From contig NC_069001.1 in assembly GCF_001194135.2 (NCBI RefSeq), positions 5,638,414-5,678,854 of the forward strand: DNA of 40,441 bases, written 5' to 3'. Source of the DNA: Octopus bimaculoides. Lineage: Eukaryota. The first letter of the stretch is position 1. The number at the start of each line of letters is the position of its first letter. Below, in pieces: positions 33,988 through 40,441 of the stretch. The translations under genes were made by a program, and so were the position numbers. The notes under the pieces were generated by a model. It was not told the origin of the DNA. It did not search any database and worked only from the letters and a program-made list of their open reading frames with translations.

Positions 33988-34015
33988 CACACACATACAC
34001 ATATGTCAATAAGTA
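32500..34015. repeat. Compound (TG)n/(TA)n/(CA)n microsatellite field
   Basis: Mixed dinucleotide runs; source of the many YIYI/CVCV pseudo-ORFs. Confidence 0.95.
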
Positions 34016-34441
34016 TAAGTACAGTACTGGCGCTGTGTCTCCGTTTCTTCTTCATATAGAGTTATAAGAGAGTGTTCCAATTTTCCCAAGTGCAATACAA
34101 AAGAGAATAACAATAAATTATAAATCTATCTCCGAAATTCATTATAAATCCATTCCTTCCACGTAATTCCTAATGAAACCATCCCACTATTTATTCCACA
34201 GCAATCCTGCAATTCACTGTTAATCCATTCTAATATTGAAAATTAAAATTCACTAGTCTCCTGAGACTTGATTTGGTGAGGTGTCGGCCAGACAATCAGC
34301 AAAGCAGGGAAAGCGTTGGAATTTATAGAAAGGCAACTGGGCCGCGTTGAGCCAGGTTGGATGCTCAACCTGTTGATGTTAGGTGATCATCATGTATAGG
34401 TTGTCTTTCTATCTTGTATTGTTGCCATACTGGGGCATAGC

Positions 34442-34668
34442 TTTTATCTTTTATATCCTTTTACTTGTACCAGTCATTTGACTGTGGCCATGCTGGAACA
34501 CTGCCTTCAAGGACTTTTGGTCGAACAGATCAACCTTAATACTAACTTATTTCATTAAAGCTTGATGCTTATTTTATCAGTCGCTTTTGCCAAGCCACTA
34601 AGTTACGGGAGCATAAACATACCAACACCGGTTGCCAAGTAGTGGTGGGGACAAATACAAAGGCAAAC
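34442..34668 (-). mobile_element. SINE-like family C
   Basis: ttttatcttttatatccttttacttgtaccagtcatttgactgtggccatgctggaacac...gccactaagttacgggagcataaac...gtggtggggacaaa. Confidence 0.85.
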
Positions 34669-35295
34669 ACACACACACACACACATACATACACACTTGC
34701 CAACTGAAAGAGCTACTAATAGTTTCATGCTATTATGATACTTGAACAGGATTATTGATAAAATATGCCATGTATCTTAAAGCAATCTTTCAGGCCCTGT
34801 TTATGCATTATATGTATATATATATATATATNNNNNNNNNNNNNNNNNNNNNNNNNNNNNNNNNNNNNNNNNNNNNNNNNNNNNNNNNNNNNNNNNNNNN
34901 NNNNNNNNNNNNNNNNNNNNNNNNNNNNNNNNNNNNNNNNNNNNNNNNNNNNNNNNNNNNNNNNNNNNNNNNNNNNNNNNNNNNNNNNNNNNNNNNNNNN
35001 NNNNNNNNNNNNNNNNNNNNNNNNNNNNNNNNNNNNNNNNNNNNNNNNNNNNNNNNNNNNNNNNNNNNNNNNNNNNNNNNNNNNNNNNNNNNNNNNNNNN
35101 NNNNNNNNNNNNNNNNNNNNNNNNNNNNNNNNNNNNNNNNNNNNNNNNNNNNNNNNNNNNNNNNNNNNNNNNNNNNNNNNNNNNNACAGGTGTCAATTCA
35201 TTATGGCCATTTCAAGTAACTCCTTTAATTCATTAATGAAAACATTACATCATTTGAAAGAAACTGTTCTCATCAGATGACTGTACAGACCTTAA

Positions 35296-35516
35296 CCCTT
35301 TAGTATTCACATTATTCTGCCATAATTAATGCTTTTTCATCCACATTGTTTTGAACTAATCATGCATTAACTCGTAGCTATGAGATTTTGATGAGGTAGC
35401 TGTTAATTTTTAAAACGATATTGTAGGGTTGGTGTAAGAGACCAGATCTGGCCAGTTTGAACATAGAATAGGCAGAATACTTTTGGCCGGATATGGCCAG
35501 TTTAAATGCTAAAGGG
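35296..35516. mobile_element. Intact piggyBac-like MITE with TTAA target-site duplication
   Basis: TTAA|CCCTTTAGTATT ... AATGCTAAAGGG|TTAA (TIR 11/12 matching; TTAA at 35292-35295 and 35517-35520); 221 bp, non-coding. Confidence 0.9.
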
Positions 35517-36055
35517 TTAAACATAAAGGATACAACCATTTCCTTAACATTTTCACATCAATAATGGAACTCAAAATATTTGCATTGTTTCTTTTGTAAT
35601 ATCTGTGATAGAATGAGTTTAGAAAATAACCCATACCTTATCAAGTCTACTGTAATTTAGAGACGAGCAGAAAAAAACAGTTGGGGTCAGGATAAAGAGT
35701 GGTGACCTAGTTACTTATATTTAGAAAACTTTATGTAGTATGTAGTCTTCAACCATACAGAATCAAATCTGTTGGGAGTCCTCAACTGTATTCTAATTAA
35801 TGGTGATAAATCAATTAACGTCAGACAATCTGCTAGACTCTCAATGTACTGGAACCATATATCTAGCTTCACCTACAGAAAAGTGTAGGTTGCAGAGTTA
35901 GTAGTAAGGGAATGCCTGATGGAGAAGGGGTGATGATTGGGGGAAAAAAAAAGGATAGGGATGGTCAATACTTATTTTGATAAGGTGTCACTTGAAACTG
36001 TGTTAATTAATTGACACCTGTACATCTTTGTTACTCATTTATATTTTATTAACCT

Positions 36056-36174
36056 AAGACGGCGAGCTGGCAGAAACGTTAGCACGTTGGGCGAAATGCT
36101 TAGCAGTATTTTGTCTGCCGTTATGTTCTGAGTTCAAATTCTGCCGAGGTTGAATTTGCCTTTCATCCTTTCGG
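36056..36174 (+). mobile_element. SINE family E, 3'-truncated
   Basis: gacggcgagctggcagaaacgttagcacgttgggcgaaatgcttagc...ttctgagttcaaattctgccgagg...cctttcatcctttcgg. Confidence 0.85.
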
Positions 36175-36179
36175 AAAAG

Positions 36180-37250
36180 TTAGATATTACACCATATTTA
36201 TTTAAAACTTCCAGTCTTCCACCCAAACAGTGATTAAATGTTTTGACTAATTTACCATATCTATACCCTTGTTTTACTAAATGTCTCAACAGTTTATTTA
36301 TTCTTTCCAAAAGTCTTAGAACTATCTATAATAGTGCCATACCTGATAATCTGGCCTGAAAAAACACCATAACCTATAAAAGAAGGAATTCTACTACTGA
36401 CCCATGGCATTGAAGCCACTTGGAAACCAAAATCTTCTGTTTTATTATAAATGTCAGTACATATCTCATTATTATCCTTAATTACTAAATTGATATGTAA
36501 ATAATTAATATTATTTATATTATTACCATTTCTGGTGGTCTTAAGCTCACTAGGGTCTATTTTTATAAGTAAAAATTCAAAGAAACCCTAATTAGGTATA
36601 AAAATATCATCCATGTGTCTGCAGCATCCATTAAGTTGTTTAAGCAAACCTAGTTTTTTGCTTGCACATAGGTCTTTAAGAAAAAGGAACTCGCATGAAG
36701 AAAGATAAAGGTCCACCAAGAGAGGGCTACAATTGCTACCCATTGGAATTCCTCTAACCTGCTCAAACACCCTACCCAAAAACACTACAAATGCATTAAT
36801 AATAATAAAACTAACCAACTCTTTCCTCTTTCTCTTATTCACGTTAGTATAACATCCCTTATAATAACAATTAGACAAGAAACCTTTACCATTCTTCATA
36901 GATATACATTTATGTCCTTTATTAAATATAATATCTAATATACTAAAAATACCTTTTTCTAGACATTTAAGATTTAAGTTTGTATATAGCGTTGCAAAAT
37001 CGTATACATACATATTCTTAACCTTCTTGCATTTAATCAGTCTTTCCAGAAATTCTTTAGTTGATCTAACGCTCCAAAAATAATTAATTCCTGAACTGTT
37101 ATAAATCTTATCACAATTTTTTAAAAAATAAGTTCTAACTACTTTTAAAGCATCATTAATTAATTATTAGCTCCTGCTATGAATCTACTTTTAAAAGGAA
37201 CATTATGCTGTTTAGGAATCCAAAAAATGTTTAGAGATATTTTTACCCTT
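36180..37250 (-). pseudogene. Penelope-like element reverse transcriptase relic, probably Naiad clade
   Basis: Minus-strand translation: FWIPKQHNVPFKSRFIAGA / YNSSGINYFWSV / YDFATLYTNL (motif A) / QVRGIPMGSNCSPLLVDLYL (B') / RHMDDIF (C, decayed YIDD) / IYNKTEDFGF..PWVSSRIPS..GYGVFSGQIIRY / LVKQGYRYGKLVKTF (thumb). One in-frame TAG (36588) and two frame disruptions. Confidence 0.9.
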
Positions 37251-37252
37251 AT

Positions 37253-37360
37253 GGACATATGGTGTAGTGGTTAAGAGCACTGGCTGCTAACCCCAAGATT
37301 CCGAGTTTGATTCCAGGCAGTGACCTGAATAATAATAATAATAATGATAATAATAATAAT
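37253..37360 (+). mobile_element. Minimal tRNA-like SINE (or tRNA pseudogene) with (AAT)n tail
   Basis: 75-nt head ggacatatggtgtagtggttaagagcactggCTGCTAAccccaagattccgagtttgattccaggcagtgacctg with A box, B box and a Ser(GCT)-like anticodon loop, but poor stems; (AAT)n follows directly. Confidence 0.75.
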
Positions 37361-37652
37361 CATCATCGGTTGNNNNNNNNNNNNNNNNNNNNNNNNNNNN
37401 NNNNNNNNNNNNNNNNNNNNNNNNNNNNNNNNNNNNNNNNNNNNNNNNNNNNNNNNNNNNNNNNNNNNNNNNNNNNNNNNNNNNNNNNNNNNNNNNNNNN
37501 NNNNNNNNNNNNNNNNNNNNNNNNNNNNNNNNNNNNNNNNNNNNNNNNNNNNNNNNNNNNNNNNNNNNNNNNNNNNNNNNNNNNNNNNNNNNNNNNNNNN
37601 NNNNNNNNNNNNNNNNNNNNNNNNNNNNNNNNNNNNNNNNNNNNNNNNNNNN

Positions 37653-37689
<37 letters not shown>

Positions 37690-37817
37690 AAAACTCACCT
37701 GTGAGGGTTTTTGCTAAGACTGTTAACAGATACTATATATTTTATAAAATTTTGTTTTATAAAAAAATATATATTTAATAGATATATATATATATATATA
37801 TATATATAATCATATGC

Positions 37818-37972
37818 GATGGGATTCTTCCAGTTTCCATCTACCAAATCCACTCACAAGGCTTTGGTCGGCCCGAGGCTATGGTAGAAGACACTTGCCC
37901 AAGGTGCTACGCAGTGCGACTGAACCCGGGACCAAGTGATTGGTAAGCTGGCTACTTACCACACAGCCACAG
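37818..37972 (-). mobile_element. SINE family A
   Basis: gatgggattcttccagtttcc...gaagacacttgcccaaggtgctacgcagtgcgactgaacccgg...acttaccacacagccac. Confidence 0.9.
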
Positions 37973-38009
37973 TTATGTATTGTAAATAGTTGTTGTTTAA
38001 CTGCAGTCA

Positions 38010-38150
38010 ACATTGATTCAAAAGACTCAATGTTAAAGATACTCCGACCATGACCGTCATGTCTGTTATTGAGACATAGTGTAGTTAGTCCTTCTTTCTT
38101 AAGACATGAGTGATTTATAGCTGCTATTTTTAGCAGGTCTTGCATCTTCA
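38010..38150 (-). mobile_element. SINE-like family F fragment
   Basis: ccgaccatgaccgtcatgtc...gatttatagctgctatttttagcagg, similar to 38478-38650. Confidence 0.5.
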
Positions 38151-38477
38151 TATTTGCTACTTCATTAGCAGATTTTATACTGCTATTCCCTGGTTTCTAA
38201 CTCTGTGTTGTGTTGAATATTTTTTTCTGTTTTTTTTTATTTTCCTTGTTAAAAAAAAGAAGTATTCACAAATTGCTTTGCTAATCAATCCAAGCTTAAT
38301 GATCAGTTAATTAATTGTCCAATTATTATAAAAAGCAGGCAGAATTTATTGTAAAAGTGTGCCACGATTCATTAGAAAACCATCCAAGAATTGATTAAAA
38401 TATCAAAATTGATCTTTAAATTCCAAAATCTGTTTCAGAAGGCAATTAAATACTGTTCTAATTGTATCTACATGGAT

Positions 38478-38650
38478 GTTGTTTAACCCCAGGTCAGACC
38501 TGATTCACTAGACTTCTGATCAAATCCATTCCATCCATGACCATCTTGTCTTTTGTGGAGTAGCTCTGACTACATTATTTAATGGTCTGCTTCCTTATTG
38601 AAGATAATAATGGTGTGATTTGATGGAGATTTAGCTGCTATTTCTAGCAC
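38478..38650 (-). mobile_element. SINE-like family F
   Basis: gttgtttaaccccaggtcagacctga...catgaccatcttgtc...ggtgtgatttgatggagatttagctgctatttctagca. Confidence 0.7.
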
Positions 38651-38891
38651 CTTCTCTACCTTGGCTCCTTGGAGAGTAATTTTCATTAATACTAATTAAC
38701 ATTCTTCCAATTGCAGGTGTAATCTTAAATAATTAAAAAAAAATAACATTTTCAACCCATTACATGCTAGCTCACATTTAACTCTATGTTTGTCATGCAG
38801 AAGGCGCCCATAGCAAATTTTCTAGTGCAATCTATAGACAGTCTTTGATACAAATTAAACTCTTGAAATTTTTTTATCATGTAAAAAGCAC

Positions 38892-39038
38892 TGATGCTGG
38901 TGCCACATAAAAAGCACCCAGTACACCCTGTAAAGTGGTTGGCATTAGGAAGGGCACCCTGTAGTAGAAATGATGCTGGTGCAAACAATAAAGCCTGGTG
39001 TAGGCCCCCAGCCTTCCCAGCTCCTGTCAAACCCATAC
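38892..39038 (+). mobile_element. SINE family B 3' part
   Basis: ggtgccacataaaaagcacccagtacacc...gtggttggcattaggaagggcacc...tcctgtcaaacccatac. Confidence 0.75.

Positions 39039-39132
<94 letters not shown>
39039..39132. repeat. Perfect 94-bp palindrome (AAT)n(ATT)n with no spacer
   Basis: 47-nt AAT arm (39039-39085) and 47-nt ATT arm (39086-39132), centred on aa|tt. Confidence 0.9.
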
Positions 39133-39374
39133 TCAACTTTTGCCACAAGGGCGAAGTACTGTTAAGCATTTCATTAAGCTTTCTAATGATTCTGCCATCT
39201 TGGCGCCTTCAACAACAAGAAGAAGAGGAACAACAACAACAACAACAGAGTGGTACTGCTTGTGGTTGGAGCCCTTGAGTTGGTGATGAAAAGCCTTCAG
39301 AAGGCCCTTGGCGCAATTGGAATTTTGTTCCAGGATTATGATATTGTAAAAAATCAAAGATCCTGTTGAGGAAC

Positions 39375-39488
39375 CCATACCAAAGTAGACAATCGGAGCC
39401 CGGTGGTATTCTCTGGCTTACCAGCTCCCTGCCAAACCATCCAACCCATTCCAACATGGAAAACAAATATTAAACGATGATGATGATG
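39375..39488 (+). mobile_element. SINE family B 3' end with (GAT)n tail
   Basis: ccaaagtagacaatcggagcccggtggtattctctggcttaccagctccctgccaaaccatccaacccattccaacatggaaaacaaatattaaac(gat)n. Confidence 0.75.
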
Positions 39489-39954
39489 GCAAGTAAGTGG
39501 GTGCCTGTGTTATTTCTTCTTTTCATTTTACATAGCAGGATGTGGTTCCACATTGACATGTTACACAAAAGGTTATTAAGTGTGCAGCTAAAAAAGAGAT
39601 ACAGATAGAAACCCCCAGTGTTGTGTTAAAAAGACCTAGCTGCTACCTACCTTTCATGCGAAGTAATATTATATTGCTATACCCTAAGGTAGACATATCT
39701 CACTAATTATATCTGACTCATCAATAGAAGCTGCAGGGTTAAATCAAGCTAACCTTCCCCAACGACAACCTCATGAGCAGCAACAAGAAACATTTGTTTT
39801 TATTTACTATTTACTAAATTTTTTTAAACATTGTTTTCAGTTCTTTTCTTTTGATGTCTTCGTTTACATTGTGTGCACGTGTGTATATCTATGTGTGTGT
39901 GTGTGTGTGTATATAGGTATGTATGTATAGCTTACATGAATATACACAGATATA

Positions 39955-39993
<39 letters not shown>

Positions 39994-40355
39994 CATACCT
40001 ATAAATTTATACACATATATATATGTAGTACACACACACGTGCGCATATACATAAATGCACATATAAACATACACACATGCCACAGTTACACACCTCTTT
40101 TCTTTACCATTTAAAAATTTTGTTATTTGTATTTTCATATTTATTTTACATCAATTATTTTTCCAAGCTGTCATTATTTTGTTATTTCACTCAGTACAAT
40201 TTCTGAAAGGATTGTTCTGGAATATATCTTATTTAAAAAACATCACCCCTTTTTGATATTGTCAAATTCTTCTGCAGCATTACTCTGTGTTTTGTAGCCA
40301 ATTATATTGGAGAGAGCCAAATAAACAATTCCTCTTTTTCTGTATACACACCATC

Positions 40356-40393
<38 letters not shown>

Positions 40394-40441
40394 TTATGTA
40401 TACATTCGGACACATATAAATAAATATATATTTATGTGTTT

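Noticed and set aside
33297-34067. 256-aa YI/HT/CV-rich ORFs
   Set aside because: Pure dinucleotide microsatellite translations.
36588-36590. Selenocysteine read-through in the PLE RT
   Set aside because: The in-frame stop is TAG, not TGA, and I found no in-frame TGA in the reconstructed frame.
37253-37327. Functional tRNA-Ser(GCT) gene
   Set aside because: Acceptor and anticodon stems pair poorly, the long variable arm of tRNA-Ser is absent, the B box is mutated and an (AAT)n tail follows; better explained as a SINE or pseudogene.

Overview
This is AT-rich, repeat-saturated eukaryotic (animal) DNA from a gapped draft assembly, most likely intronic or intergenic. The mix of dense (TA)n/(CA)n/trinucleotide microsatellites and several tRNA-derived SINE families looks like an Octopus-type cephalopod genome; that is my recognition, not a database result. 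No complete gene is visible, and almost all of the ORF track is microsatellite or N-gap artefact. The real protein-like signals are transposon relics: three distinct mariner (DD34D) transposase fragments, a ~1.07-kb Penelope-like reverse transcriptase with Naiad-type hallmarks (36180-37250, minus), and the C-terminus plus 3' end of a Tx1/L1-like LINE. Non-coding mobile DNA includes about 30 SINE copies from at least six families (letters A-F are my own labels), TTAA-flanked piggyBac-like MITEs (one nested, one caught inside a SINE), a Tc1-derived fold-back MITE and two further long inverted repeats. The most unusual structures are two perfect zero-spacer palindromes made of opposed microsatellites, each abutting a 3' end of the same LINE-like family, a G:U-biased 24-bp hairpin, and a decayed hammerhead-like motif. 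A few short, splice-site-bounded, open, frame-symmetric segments are low-confidence candidate exons of an unidentified host gene.
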